Source: Vicinamibacteria bacterium
GTDB lineage: Bacteria; Acidobacteriota; Vicinamibacteria; Marinacidobacterales; Marinacidobacteraceae
Length of the DNA stretch: 64,000 nucleotides
NCBI GenBank assembly: GCA_963668695.2
Contig: CAXXLQ010000004.1
Span: 3,008,001-3,072,000 of the forward strand
Reading direction: 5' to 3'
Shown: one piece after another, positions 43,595 through 55,454 of the stretch
Layout of the letters: every line of letters starts with the position of its first letter
How positions within the stretch are numbered: position 1 is the first letter of the stretch
Made by a program: the position numbers and the translations under genes
Notes under the pieces: generated by a model
What the model was told of the DNA's origin: nothing
The model's database searches: none
The model's input: the letters and a program-made list of their open reading frames with translations, nothing else

Positions 43595-45052
43595 TCAGCG
43601 TCCTTCGGTGGTCGTGTCCTGGTCCTCGATGGCGAAGAGCTGGTTGCGGCTCGCGATGTAGAGGACGCCGTTTGCGGGGACGGCAGTCGAATAGACGGAA
43701 CTCCCCATGTTCATCTCGGCGATCACTTCCTCGGCCGGCCCTGGCCGGAGCACCACGACATCGCCGTCCTCGTCGCCGAGGTACAGCTTGCCGTCCGCGA
43801 TGAGCGGGGAGGCCCAGACCGCCGCGAAGGTGTCGTGGACCCAAAGAGGCTCTCCGGTATCGACGTCCAGGGCGTGGAGGAAGCCGGAAAAATCGGGCAG
43901 GTAGAGGATGCCGTCCTTCACCGCACCCGTGGCGATGGTGCGCCGGATGGTGTCGTAGTGCCAGAGGCGGCCCGTCTCGGTGATGTCGCCGCGCTTGGTG
44001 GCGTCAATCGCGTAGAGGTGGCCGACTCCCTCGCCGTGTTCCGGATCTTGCCCGTTGGCGATGAAGAGGCGATCGTTCAGGATCACCGGGGTGGAGATCA
44101 CGTTGTTCCGGGTCCGCGGCCAGACGGCGTCATCCGGGTTGGTGTTGAACCACCAGAGGGTCTCCCCGGTGTCCGCCACGTAGCCCCGGACCCAGCCGTC
44201 CCCTTCGCCCATGATGACCTGGGTGATTCCGCCAACCTCCGCGACGCCCGCGGAAGACCACTGGCCGTGAAGGATGTTCTCCCCGACGTGGTTCTGCTCC
44301 CAGACGAGTTCCCCGGTCTCCTTGTCCACCGCGATGATCGCGGGCGATAGCGGCGACGGGATGTTGGCGTGGGTTTCGTCGTGGCCGTTCGAGGCGTTGA
44401 CGAAGAGCAGGTTCCCGTACGCAACCGGGCTGGCGTTCGACATGTTGTGGGGAAAGGAGCCGATCTCCTCCATCATGTCCAGTTTCCAGATAACGTCCCC
44501 GTCGGTCGGGGACTGGAGCGCTTCGTCGGTTACCGGGCCGTCGTTGCCGTTCGCCATCCCGTGAACGTCGAGCGCCAGCAGTTCGCCCCGGTTCGTGACG
44601 TAGTAAAGACGGTCGCCTTCCACCAGCGGAGAGGAGCAGACCCCCTGGTAGGGCCAGTCGTTGACCCGGCCGGAGACGAGCTTGTCAGAGACCATCTGCC
44701 ACAAGAACTCGCCCGTGGCGGCATCGAACGCGATCAGGACGCCCTTGTCTCCGATGATTTCCTTGTCGTAGAGGGCCTCGTTGTTCGTGCCGACGAATAC
44801 CCTTCCTCCGGCAACGACGGGGTTGCCGTAGGTCTGCGACCCGAGGGGGGCCACCCAGCGGACGTTGGTTCCACTGTCCACGTCCCATTCGGCCGGAAGC
44901 CGGGCCGTGGTGTCGGAAACCATGTTCCGGTCGGGCGTGCCTCCCCACATCGGCCAGTCCTGGGCCGTTGCGCTGCCGGCGGCGCTCAGAAGGAGCGCGG
45001 ACAGGGGCAGCGCCGCTGTTGCCGCGCGGCGCTGTGAGTTCGGTCGGAACAT
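43595..45052 (-). CDS. BamB/PQQ-type beta-propeller protein 2
   Basis: Signal peptide; DWPMWGGTPDRN, LGSQTYGNPVVAGG; propeller repeats. Confidence 0.88.
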   Translation of the reverse strand: MFRPNSQRRAATAALPLSALLLSAAGSATAQDWPMWGGTPDRNMVSDTTARLPAEWDVDSGTNVRWVAPLGSQTYGNPVVAGGRVFVGTNNEALYDKEIIGDKGVLIAFDAATGEFLWQMVSDKLVSGRVNDWPYQGVCSSPLVEGDRLYYVTNRGELLALDVHGMANGNDGPVTDEALQSPTDGDVIWKLDMMEEIGSFPHNMSNASPVAYGNLLFVNASNGHDETHANIPSPLSPAIIAVDKETGELVWEQNHVGENILHGQWSSAGVAEVGGITQVIMGEGDGWVRGYVADTGETLWWFNTNPDDAVWPRTRNNVISTPVILNDRLFIANGQDPEHGEGVGHLYAIDATKRGDITETGRLWHYDTIRRTIATGAVKDGILYLPDFSGFLHALDVDTGEPLWVHDTFAAVWASPLIADGKLYLGDEDGDVVVLRPGPAEEVIAEMNMGSSVYSTAVPANGVLYIASRNQLFAIEDQDTTTEGR

Positions 45053-45067
45053 GCGGTGTTCTCCCAG

Positions 45068-47269
45068 TTACTCGCCGGGGTCCACGACGATGTTGTCGAA
45101 GAAAACCTCGGCGGACACCGCGTCGGCGAAGATCCCCGGAGTGCCTTCGCGGTGCGGCAATTCTTCGCGCCACTCGAGCGTCCAGTCGGCGGGCTCGCCA
45201 TCGCCGCGGGGCCACACCTTTCCGCGGGCCACGACTCCGCCTTCGTCCTCCACAACCTGGAACTTCATCGAGTACCAGGTGTCCGGCTCCCACGCGAAGG
45301 GCATCTGCGTCGTTCGACCCGGAGTCGCCTGCCAGGACTGGATTTCAAGCCGCTGATGCGACCCCATGAGCACGAACTGGTACCGCTGGGCGACGAGGCC
45401 CGCGTTTCCCATCTGGCGGCGGCGCGTTTTCGCCAGGACGTCCGCCGACACCGTGTATCCCGAGAGCGTCGGGGGACCCATGTAGACGCGGGCGCGGCGC
45501 AGGAAGGGGTTGTCCGCCCGCTTGACGAGCACCCGCTGCCCATCCTCCAGCGTGCGGGTTTCGTACTTGCCGGCGGAGTTCACCCACACCGCGGGCACCC
45601 GCGAATCCTCGGCGTCGAAATCCCAATTCCAGGGCAGGGGAGGAACCACCCGGAACCGCGCGGATCCACTGATTTCGCCGACACTCGCGGTCACGCTTCC
45701 GGCGCCCGCCGCAGCATCCGCCATCACCTGCAGCGTGTTTCCTTCGACGCCGCCTGCGAAACCCGTCACCGACCAGGTCAGATCGCCGGGAGCGTCCACC
45801 GGATTGCCGAGCGCATCGAACACCCGCGCGGTCAGGGCGATCTCGTCGCCGGGGGCCAGGATCTCCTCCGTCGGTGAGAGCACCAGACGGGCAGGCGCTC
45901 CTCCGGGGCTTTCCGGCGGCGACGGGGCCTCTGCATCCGGCGCCGGCCGCCGTTCGCCGATCGCGTAGAGCGCGCCGCTTGAGACCACGTACACCACACC
46001 GTCACTGACCGCTGCCGAAGCGATGATCTCGTCCGCGATCTCTTCGGAACCGAGCACGTCTTCGTCGAGCACTTCCACGCCTTCGCGCGACGGACGCAGG
46101 ATGAAGAACCGTCCGTTGCCCGTTCCCACGTAGAGCTTGCCGTCCGCGAGCACCGGAGAGGCGCGCTGGATGGTGCCCAGGTTGTGGGTCCAGAGGCGCG
46201 CGCCGTCCGCCGTCGAGAAGGCCGCCAGGTTGGCGCTGTTGTCGATCTGGTAGAGGAGATCTCCGTCCCCGACGCCCGAGGAATACCCTCCCAGGAATCC
46301 GGGCACCTGCCAGAGCGGCGCTTCTTTACCAATTTCCCCCGCTGAAGTAGCGTCGAGAGCGGCGACCAGACCCATCATCGAAGAGTTCAGGTTCTCCTCG
46401 CCGTGGCTCACCACGGCCACGTCTCCAAAGAGCAGAGCGCCGGTGTTCACTCCCCGCTTGCTCATCGGAAAGTTCCAGACCGAGGCGCCGGTCGCCGGCT
46501 GGATCGCATGAAAGGCGCCATCACCCCCGCCGACCAGCAGCAGCCGCTGGCCGTCAATGGTTCGTACGGAAGCCGGCGAGTAGGTCGTGTCGAAGGGACG
46601 GCCGCCGGGCGCCGAGAACCAGACCATCTTCCCGGTCCGCTTGTCGAAAGCGAAGAACCGCTGACTCCCGCGGGCGTGTTCCCCCCACGAAGAGGTCAGG
46701 CCGCTGAGGATCACCAGGTCGTCCAGGATCAATGGCGATGCGGTCCGGCCGCCGTGGGTAGTGACCAGGCCGAGCTCCTCGGGGAGCGAACGCTCCCAGC
46801 GGAGATGCCCGTCGGCGGCGTCGAAGGCGCTCAGGCTGCCGCCCAGGGTGAAAAAATACACCGTTCCGGTTTCGGCGTCCGCCGCCGGAGACGCCCAACC
46901 GACGCGGCGGGGCGGGGCGTCGGAGTGGTAGATGTTCCGCCGCTGCTCCCAGAGCAGATCTCCGGTGCCGGCGTCGAGGGCCACCAGGCGTTCCTGCCGG
47001 GTCTCCCGATCGCCAACGCCGTGCTGCAGGAACAGGCGGTCACCGAGGATGACCGGGGTCGAACGACCGCCGTACGGAGCCTTGAAGAGCAGGTTTTCGC
47101 CGTCGGGGGACCAGGACTCGGGAAGTCCGGTTTCCGAAGAACGCCCGTCACGGTCAGGTCCGCGGATTTCCGGCCAATCGGAAGCGAAGAGGGAGGCGGC
47201 AAAAAAGAAAGCCACTACCCCCGCGGCGGCCGCTGCCGGAACGCCGCGGCGAGTGGTTCCGAGATCCAT
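45068..47269 (-). CDS. BamB/PQQ-type beta-propeller protein 3 with extra Ig-like and lectin-like C-terminal regions
   Basis: DWPEIRGP..DG.S.E..LP..W; about 260-aa beta-rich C-terminal extension ending FFDNIVV; start ATG 47269. Confidence 0.82.
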   Translation of the reverse strand: MDLGTTRRGVPAAAAAGVVAFFFAASLFASDWPEIRGPDRDGRSSETGLPESWSPDGENLLFKAPYGGRSTPVILGDRLFLQHGVGDRETRQERLVALDAGTGDLLWEQRRNIYHSDAPPRRVGWASPAADAETGTVYFFTLGGSLSAFDAADGHLRWERSLPEELGLVTTHGGRTASPLILDDLVILSGLTSSWGEHARGSQRFFAFDKRTGKMVWFSAPGGRPFDTTYSPASVRTIDGQRLLLVGGGDGAFHAIQPATGASVWNFPMSKRGVNTGALLFGDVAVVSHGEENLNSSMMGLVAALDATSAGEIGKEAPLWQVPGFLGGYSSGVGDGDLLYQIDNSANLAAFSTADGARLWTHNLGTIQRASPVLADGKLYVGTGNGRFFILRPSREGVEVLDEDVLGSEEIADEIIASAAVSDGVVYVVSSGALYAIGERRPAPDAEAPSPPESPGGAPARLVLSPTEEILAPGDEIALTARVFDALGNPVDAPGDLTWSVTGFAGGVEGNTLQVMADAAAGAGSVTASVGEISGSARFRVVPPLPWNWDFDAEDSRVPAVWVNSAGKYETRTLEDGQRVLVKRADNPFLRRARVYMGPPTLSGYTVSADVLAKTRRRQMGNAGLVAQRYQFVLMGSHQRLEIQSWQATPGRTTQMPFAWEPDTWYSMKFQVVEDEGGVVARGKVWPRGDGEPADWTLEWREELPHREGTPGIFADAVSAEVFFDNIVVDPGE

Positions 47270-47341
47270 GGCGGGACGGGAGTCTAACGGGGGCCGGAGC
47301 GGCGCGAAAACGCCGTAACGGGGCCGGGGCGCCGGCCCGCT

Positions 47342-48811
47342 ATGCAACCCAAAGCGCCAGCGGACACAATACGGCGCACCGTGCGCAACGTTTTTCATTT
47401 GACTGTCCGGGGAACCTTGTTGATCACCGGAATCCTCGTCGCCGGCTCACCCGGGCTCGCCCTCGGCGGCCAGGGATCCGGGGTCGCCCCGTCCCCCCCG
47501 AAGAATCCGGGCGCGCCCACGCTGTGGTCCGCCAACTGGCCGGGCTGGCGGGGGCCGACCGCGGATGGAGTCTCGGGCGAAACGGGATTGCCGATTCGCT
47601 TCAACCCGGACGAGAACGGGCTCTGGAAGACGGCAACGCCCGGGGAGGGACACTCCTCTCCGGTCGTCTGGGACCAGCTCCTCTTCGTTTCCGCAGCCGT
47701 TGCCGGAGAGGCGATTCCCGGGCACGCGCCGCCGGTCCACATCCGGGACGGAGAGGTCTACCTGCACCCCGGAAGCGCGGACGGAGAGCTCCACCACACC
47801 CTGCTGGCGCTCGCCTACGACGCGCGGACGGGACGGGAGGTCTGGCGGCGGACGGTCCACGACGGACCGGTCTACGACAACAAGTACAAGAGCAACACCT
47901 ACGCTTCGTTGACGGCGGTGGCCGACGGGGAGCGCGTCTATTTCTTCTTCGGCTCGGAAGGCCTGTTCGCCTTCACCATGGACGGGGATCCGGTCTGGCA
48001 GACCGATGTAGGCGACTTCGGCGTCTGGGGGCTCGGGCAGGGCATTTCCCCGGTGCTTCACGGCGAGTTCCTGATTCTCGTCTGCGACAACGACGGGGGG
48101 GAGGGATCGAAGATGTTCGGGGTGGATCGCCGCACCGGGGAAGTCGCGTGGGTTACCGAGCGCCAGGTGCGGAAGAGCTGGGCCACGCCGGCACTGGTTC
48201 CGATCGGCGGAAAGACCCAGATGGTGGTACCGAGCTATGACCGGCTGGCGGCCTACGATCCGTTGACCGGCGCCGAAATCTGGAGCTTGGCGGGGCTCGA
48301 CTCCAACATGGTGCACACCCCCGTGCACATGCCGGTAGAAGACGGACGGCTCGTGTTCATTTCCACGGGGTATCCCAAGAAGGAGATGCACGCGCTGCGG
48401 CTCACCGCCGGGGCGCCACCGACCACCGAATGGATCTATCCAAAGGGCACCGGTTACCTCCCGTCGGCGCTCCTCTACGAGGGGGTGCTGGTATTCCTTT
48501 CGGACGGCGGGGTCGTCACCGGCGTCGATCCCCTCAGCGGGGACTTGCTCTTTCAGGGTCGGCCGTCGAACCCGGGCCGCTACCACGCCTCGCCGATCGG
48601 CTACGACGGAAACATCCTCATCAGCAGCATCGAGGGAGATCTGACGGTCCTGCGAGCCGGGCGGGAGTTCGAGATCGTGGCCGAAAGCTCGCTTCCCGAG
48701 GCACTCTGGGCGTCGCCGGCAATCGCCGGAGGGACACTCTTCCTCCGCGGGGCGGACCATCTCTACGCCTTCCGTTCTCCCGCGTCCGGAGAGACGACGC
48801 CGGCTCGCTGA
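47342..48811 (+). CDS. BamB/PQQ-type beta-propeller protein 4
   Basis: NWPGWRGP, GHSSPVVW, SWATP, ASPAIAGG.LFLRG; start may be 47381 or later. Confidence 0.87.
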   Translation: MQPKAPADTIRRTVRNVFHLTVRGTLLITGILVAGSPGLALGGQGSGVAPSPPKNPGAPTLWSANWPGWRGPTADGVSGETGLPIRFNPDENGLWKTATPGEGHSSPVVWDQLLFVSAAVAGEAIPGHAPPVHIRDGEVYLHPGSADGELHHTLLALAYDARTGREVWRRTVHDGPVYDNKYKSNTYASLTAVADGERVYFFFGSEGLFAFTMDGDPVWQTDVGDFGVWGLGQGISPVLHGEFLILVCDNDGGEGSKMFGVDRRTGEVAWVTERQVRKSWATPALVPIGGKTQMVVPSYDRLAAYDPLTGAEIWSLAGLDSNMVHTPVHMPVEDGRLVFISTGYPKKEMHALRLTAGAPPTTEWIYPKGTGYLPSALLYEGVLVFLSDGGVVTGVDPLSGDLLFQGRPSNPGRYHASPIGYDGNILISSIEGDLTVLRAGREFEIVAESSLPEALWASPAIAGGTLFLRGADHLYAFRSPASGETTPAR

Positions 48812-48813
48812 CG

Positions 48814-50178
48814 TTGCGTTTCCCTCGCGCCCAGTGGGCGCTCGCTCGCGCCGCCGCCGCTGTCCTCCTGGTGGCGGCGGTGGGATCAGCCCAGGAACCC
48901 GGCGCCGCGAGTTGGCCCCAGTGGCGCGGCCCGGGCGGCCGAGCGCACGCGGAGTCCGCGGCACCGCTCCGGTGGGGAGCAGACGAGAACCTTCTCTGGA
49001 AAGCGCCCATTCAGGGCCGCGGCCATTCATCGCCCATCGTCGTGGGCGATCTGATTTTCCTCACCAGCGCCATTTCGAGCGAGAGCGTGCCGGAAGCCAA
49101 GGCCGTAATCCATTTCATGGGGAGCGAAGAGTTCCTGCACCCTGACAGCCTCGGCGCGGACCAGCGTCTGGATGTGTTGCTGCTGGCCTTCGACCGTCAC
49201 AGCGGCGCGCTTCACTGGCGGCGGCAGGTTCGGACCGGGGCTCTCCCCTACGACAACCGCCACCGGATCGGCTCCTACGCCAACCCGACGCCGGTCAGCG
49301 ACGGCGAACGCGTCATCGCCTGGTTCGGGACCCAGGGGCTTCACGCCTTCAGCCTCGGCGGCGACCCCCTCTGGTCCCAGGACTTCGGCGGCGTCGGAAC
49401 CATGGGGATGGGAGTGGCGACTTCTCCCGTGCTCGTCGCCGCGCCCGGTCTCGTGGTAGTCCAAAACGACGTTGAAGGGGGCGAGGGCTCCTTCATCGCC
49501 GCCCTGGACATCCCGACGGGAGCCATTCGCTGGCGGGTAGAGCGGACCCAGCCCGCGGGCTGGGCAACGCCGATTCTGGTCAGCACTGCTGACGGCGCTT
49601 CGCTGATCGTCGCGATGGGAGCCGGCGAGATCGTCGCCTACCACGCGGAAACCGGGGAAGAGCGGTGGCGGGTGGAGGGACTCCGGAGCAATGCGGCGCC
49701 GAGCCCGGTGGCGTCCGGCGACGGTCTCGTGTTCGCCGTGACGGGCTACCCGCGAAAGAACATCCTGGCGCTCGGCGTGGAAGACGGTTCCGTCCATTGG
49801 CGCTATCGCAAGGGACAGGGCTACGTTCCCTCGCCGATCTTTCATCGGGGCGCGCTCTACCTGGTCAGCGACGGAGGCATCCTGACCGCACTCGACGGCC
49901 GGAGCGGCGAAGTCGTCTACGAGGGAGGCCGGATGCCGCTGCCGTCGCGATTCTTCTCCTCCCCGGTGGTGGCGGGGGAGCGCATCTACCTGACCAGCGA
50001 GGACGGAGACACCCATGTGATCCGGTCCGGACCCCGCTTCGAAGTTCTGGCCACCAACAGCGTGGACGAGCCGGTGATGGCCTCGCCGGCGATCGTGGAG
50101 GGCATCCTCTATCTGAGGGGCGCGGAGCACCTCTACGCGATCGCCGATCCGGCGGCCTCGGCCAGTAACGAGCCCTGA
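48814..50178 (+). CDS. BamB/PQQ-type beta-propeller protein 5
   Basis: TTG start 2 bp after the upstream stop; SWPQWRGP, GHSSPIV, GWATP, YVPSP; paralog of protein 4. Confidence 0.85.
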   Translation: MRFPRAQWALARAAAAVLLVAAVGSAQEPGAASWPQWRGPGGRAHAESAAPLRWGADENLLWKAPIQGRGHSSPIVVGDLIFLTSAISSESVPEAKAVIHFMGSEEFLHPDSLGADQRLDVLLLAFDRHSGALHWRRQVRTGALPYDNRHRIGSYANPTPVSDGERVIAWFGTQGLHAFSLGGDPLWSQDFGGVGTMGMGVATSPVLVAAPGLVVVQNDVEGGEGSFIAALDIPTGAIRWRVERTQPAGWATPILVSTADGASLIVAMGAGEIVAYHAETGEERWRVEGLRSNAAPSPVASGDGLVFAVTGYPRKNILALGVEDGSVHWRYRKGQGYVPSPIFHRGALYLVSDGGILTALDGRSGEVVYEGGRMPLPSRFFSSPVVAGERIYLTSEDGDTHVIRSGPRFEVLATNSVDEPVMASPAIVEGILYLRGAEHLYAIADPAASASNEP

Positions 50179-50286
50179 CTCGCCCACCGCTTCGTGACGG
50201 GAACTCTGCTCCGAATGTCCTCGTATCAGCACCAACAACCGTGGCGGCCGCGTGACAGCGACGAGCACATCCGAGGGGACGCACTG

Positions 50287-52209
<1,923 letters not shown>

Positions 52210-52271
52210 CCCGGCCCGGCCACCGCACCCGCGGACGGGAAAGGCCCACCTTCCGGATGGCGCCTCGGCAA

Positions 52272-52320
52272 GGGACCGCCGACCTCTCCAGGTCGGCATC
52301 GCTGCGCGGCAGCGCAGCGA
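52272..52320 (+). repeat. REP-like double hairpin R4
   Basis: GGGACC-GCCGACCT-CTCC-AGGTCGGC-A-TCGCTGCGC-GGCA-GCGCAGCGA. Confidence 0.62.
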
Positions 52321-52375
52321 AACACTCAACACGATTCTTTCCGGTGGCGCTCAGGGGCCTTACAGTTCGAACGCA

Positions 52376-53818
52376 ATGAAGCTCGCAGCCCTTCTCCTCG
52401 CGACCGCCTGCCTGAGTGCGGCAGCCGCCGCCACGGCATCCGAATGGGACAGGTTTCGGGGCCCGAACGGCACCGGGATCGGCCCGGACGGCAAACTTCC
52501 GGTGGTCTTCGGGCCGGAACATGGACCCGTCTTCAGGGTGCCGCTCCCCGCCGGGCACTCCTCACCCATCCTGGCGGCTGGCCGGGTGCACGTGACCGCT
52601 TACTCCGAGACCGAGTTCTTCACCATCGCGCTCGACGCCAGCACCGGCGATGAACTCTGGCGGGCAGCCGCGAAGCGCGAGCGCGTCACCGAAGTGGATT
52701 CCCGGAACAACGCGGCATCGCCCAGCGTCGCCGCTACCGAAGACGGGGTGTACGCGTTCTTCCCGGATCTCGGCCTGATCGGCTACGACGGGAAGGGCAG
52801 GGAAGTGTGGCGGCAACCGCTCGGGCCCTTCGACAACTTCTACGGGATGGGGGCCTCACCGATTCTTGCGGGAGACACGGTCATCCTGGTGCTGGACCAG
52901 AACCTCAACTCGGAAATCATCGCGTTGGATCGGAAGGACGGAACGATCCTCTGGCGCACCCCGCGGCCGGAAGCTACGAGCGGCCACTCCACCCCGGTTC
53001 TGCGGGAGACTGGGGATGGGCTCGAAATCCTGGCCCCGGGCAGCTTCCTGCTCACCGCCTACGGCGTCGAGGACGGGAGCGCCCGGTGGTGGGTTCAAGG
53101 ACTGCCCTGGGAAATGAAATCCACGCCCCTGCTCGAGGGAGGTCTGGTTTACGTGAACGGCTACGGGGCGCCGGTGAACCAGCCCGGGAACCAGATCACG
53201 CCGCCGTCCTTCGCCGAGGCCCTCGAAGCGTCCGACGGGAACGGCGACGGTGTGATCGCGCGCGACGAGGCCGAGGGGCACTCCGATTTCTGGTTCGGGG
53301 TGATTGATTTGAGCAGCGACGGGTTGCTGGAAGCCCACGAATGGGCCTACTACGAAGCGGTGCTCTCGTCTCAGAACGGCATCCTGGCGATTCGTCCCGG
53401 CGCGCCGGGGGAAGCCGGCGACCTCACGGCGCAAAACACGGTCTGGAGCTACCGCCGGCGCGTTCCGCAGCTTCCTTCGCCGCTCCTGTACAGCGGTGTC
53501 CTCTACATGGTCAACGACGGAGGCATCGTCACCGCGCTCGATCCGAACACCGGCGAGATGCTGTCGCAGGGCCGGCTCAAGGGGGCCGTGGATGCCTACT
53601 ACGCCTCCCCGGTGGCCGCGGACGGCAAGATTTACTTCGTGAGCGAACTGGGGCTCGCGGCCGTCGTACGGCCACTCGACCCCGGCGAGGAATCGCCGGA
53701 ACTCGACGTCGTCCAGGTGAATCCGCTCGGGGAATCCGTGTACGCCACTCCGGCGATCGCCCCTTCGCGCCTCTACATCCGGACGGTCGAGGCCCTCTAC
53801 GCCTTCGGGCCGGAGTAA
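52376..53818 (+). CDS. BamB/PQQ-type beta-propeller protein 6 with EF-hand-like insertion
   Basis: EWDRFRGPNG; inserted DGNGDGVIARDE and DLSSDGLLEAHE loops. Confidence 0.85.
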   Translation: MKLAALLLATACLSAAAAATASEWDRFRGPNGTGIGPDGKLPVVFGPEHGPVFRVPLPAGHSSPILAAGRVHVTAYSETEFFTIALDASTGDELWRAAAKRERVTEVDSRNNAASPSVAATEDGVYAFFPDLGLIGYDGKGREVWRQPLGPFDNFYGMGASPILAGDTVILVLDQNLNSEIIALDRKDGTILWRTPRPEATSGHSTPVLRETGDGLEILAPGSFLLTAYGVEDGSARWWVQGLPWEMKSTPLLEGGLVYVNGYGAPVNQPGNQITPPSFAEALEASDGNGDGVIARDEAEGHSDFWFGVIDLSSDGLLEAHEWAYYEAVLSSQNGILAIRPGAPGEAGDLTAQNTVWSYRRRVPQLPSPLLYSGVLYMVNDGGIVTALDPNTGEMLSQGRLKGAVDAYYASPVAADGKIYFVSELGLAAVVRPLDPGEESPELDVVQVNPLGESVYATPAIAPSRLYIRTVEALYAFGPE

Positions 53819-53833
53819 TCGAACATCGCACTC

Positions 53834-53878
53834 CCCGGGTTGGCGGCCGGGCGATGCCGGCCGGAGACCGGCGGACCT
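53834..53878 (-). repeat. REP-like hairpin R5
   Basis: Minus strand AGGTCC-GCCGGTC-TCC-GGCCGGC-ATCGCCCGG. Confidence 0.5.
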
Positions 53879-53882
53879 TTCC

Positions 53883-54653
53883 TCATTTCGTGGCGGTGTA
53901 GGCGATCACCGGCGGATTGTTGAGGAAGTCGTCCCAGAAGGGATTCCCCCGTTCGCTCGGGTCGAGAGAGACGCCGAGCCAGCGGAAATCGCGGAATCCC
54001 GCCGCTGCGAACGCTTCGGAATAGGTCTCCGGCCTCAGGAAGTAGTTTTCGAACCCGAATTGCCGGCCGTCGTGGTTCGTGAACCGGTAGTGGATGGGAG
54101 CCCCCTCGCGAAGGACGGGAGGTCCCGTCTTCTCGATGCCGTACTTCTGCAGGGAAACGGTGCCCCGCGGGGGCTTCAGCACGTTGTCGTTGAAGCCGAC
54201 GAGCCGCCCCCCGGGCCGGAGTGCCCCGTGACAGACGCCCAGGAAGCGACGGAGTTTCTCCGCGCTGCCGGCGTAGTGCAGCAGATACATCGCCACCACT
54301 AGGTCCACGAGTCCGTCCTGGCGATGGTCCGCCGCGTCGGAACAGAGGTAGCGGCATCCCAGCGGGTTGTCCCGTTCCTGCTGCTCGGCCAGCCGGATCA
54401 TCTCCGCCGAGATGTCCACTCCGGTGATCTCCCGAGCGCCGGCGATCTTCAGGAGACGCGTGTAGAAGCCCTCGCCGCAGGCGAGGTCCAGCACGGTCTG
54501 GCCGCAAACGTCTCCCAGCGCCTCGAACAGGGTGTAACGCTCGATGGTTTTCCGGAAGGGGAGCTGCTTCGAATCCTGGTAGGCGGCGGCGATCGCGTCG
54601 TACTGGGCCAAGGTCGAACGAGCATAGTCGGCCGCGGGCGGGATAATGGCCAT
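53883..54653 (-). CDS. Class I SAM-dependent methyltransferase
   Basis: VLDLACGEG, GVDISAEMI, YLLHYA, LRPGG. Confidence 0.9.
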   Translation of the reverse strand: MAIIPPAADYARSTLAQYDAIAAAYQDSKQLPFRKTIERYTLFEALGDVCGQTVLDLACGEGFYTRLLKIAGAREITGVDISAEMIRLAEQQERDNPLGCRYLCSDAADHRQDGLVDLVVAMYLLHYAGSAEKLRRFLGVCHGALRPGGRLVGFNDNVLKPPRGTVSLQKYGIEKTGPPVLREGAPIHYRFTNHDGRQFGFENYFLRPETYSEAFAAAGFRDFRWLGVSLDPSERGNPFWDDFLNNPPVIAYTATK

Positions 54654-54731
54654 GGAACAACCAATGGACTGTCGCTACTGCGGTGAACTGTTCGGTTCTT
54701 GCAGCGGCAGGATTCAAGCGGAGGATCCGGC

Positions 54732-55454
54732 GTGAAATCTCTCTCAGTCCTCTTGGCGGCGTCGATGCTGCTTCTCGCACCCTCGGCGAACGCCCAGGAA
54801 GACCAGGGAGAGGCCCTCCGCAGCGCCGCCCGGGAGGGCGACCTGGGACGGATCGAAGAGTTGCTCGCCGGCGGCGCACCGGTTGATGCCCCGAACCGCT
54901 ACGGAGCGACTGCGCTCTTCTTCGCCGCCGACCGGGGGCACCTGGATGTCGTCAGGCGCCTCGCCGACGCCGGGGCCGTTCTTGACCTCTCCGACCGGTT
55001 CTACCAGATGACCGCGCTCAGCCGGGCAGCCGGTTCCGGACATCGCGAGGTGGTGCTCTTTCTCCTGGGAAGGGGCGCGGCGGGTGCGGGCACGGTCCTC
55101 CTCCAGGCGGCGCGCGGAGGTGACGAGGAGTTGCTACGCGCGGTCCTCGACAACGGGAACTTCGACGAGGATGCGTTGTCCGCCGCCCGGGAAGCCGCCG
55201 CCTCGGACGATGTGTTGGCGCTGCTCCGGGGGCGGACCGCACGCGCGGTCGCCGCACCGGAGCTGACCGAGGAGGCCCGGCGGCGACTCGCCGGCAGCTA
55301 CTGGAACGAAACCATCGAGCAGGGGGTCCTGGTCACCGCCGAGGATGGAATGCTTCGGGCGCAGCACTTCGAGCGGGATGCTGATTCCGGGAATGACCGC
55401 TTCGCCGCGCCGGCGGTGGTGCTCACCCCACGCGGGGGCCTCGCTCGTTCGTGA
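54732..55454 (+). CDS. Secreted ankyrin-repeat region, probably the N-terminal half of a frameshifted ankyrin-propeller fusion
   Basis: GTG start after GGAGG; signal peptide ANA-Q; GATALFFAADRGHLDVVRRL, TALSRAAGSGHREVVLFLL. Confidence 0.8.
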   Translation: MKSLSVLLAASMLLLAPSANAQEDQGEALRSAAREGDLGRIEELLAGGAPVDAPNRYGATALFFAADRGHLDVVRRLADAGAVLDLSDRFYQMTALSRAAGSGHREVVLFLLGRGAAGAGTVLLQAARGGDEELLRAVLDNGNFDEDALSAAREAAASDDVLALLRGRTARAVAAPELTEEARRRLAGSYWNETIEQGVLVTAEDGMLRAQHFERDADSGNDRFAAPAVVLTPRGGLARS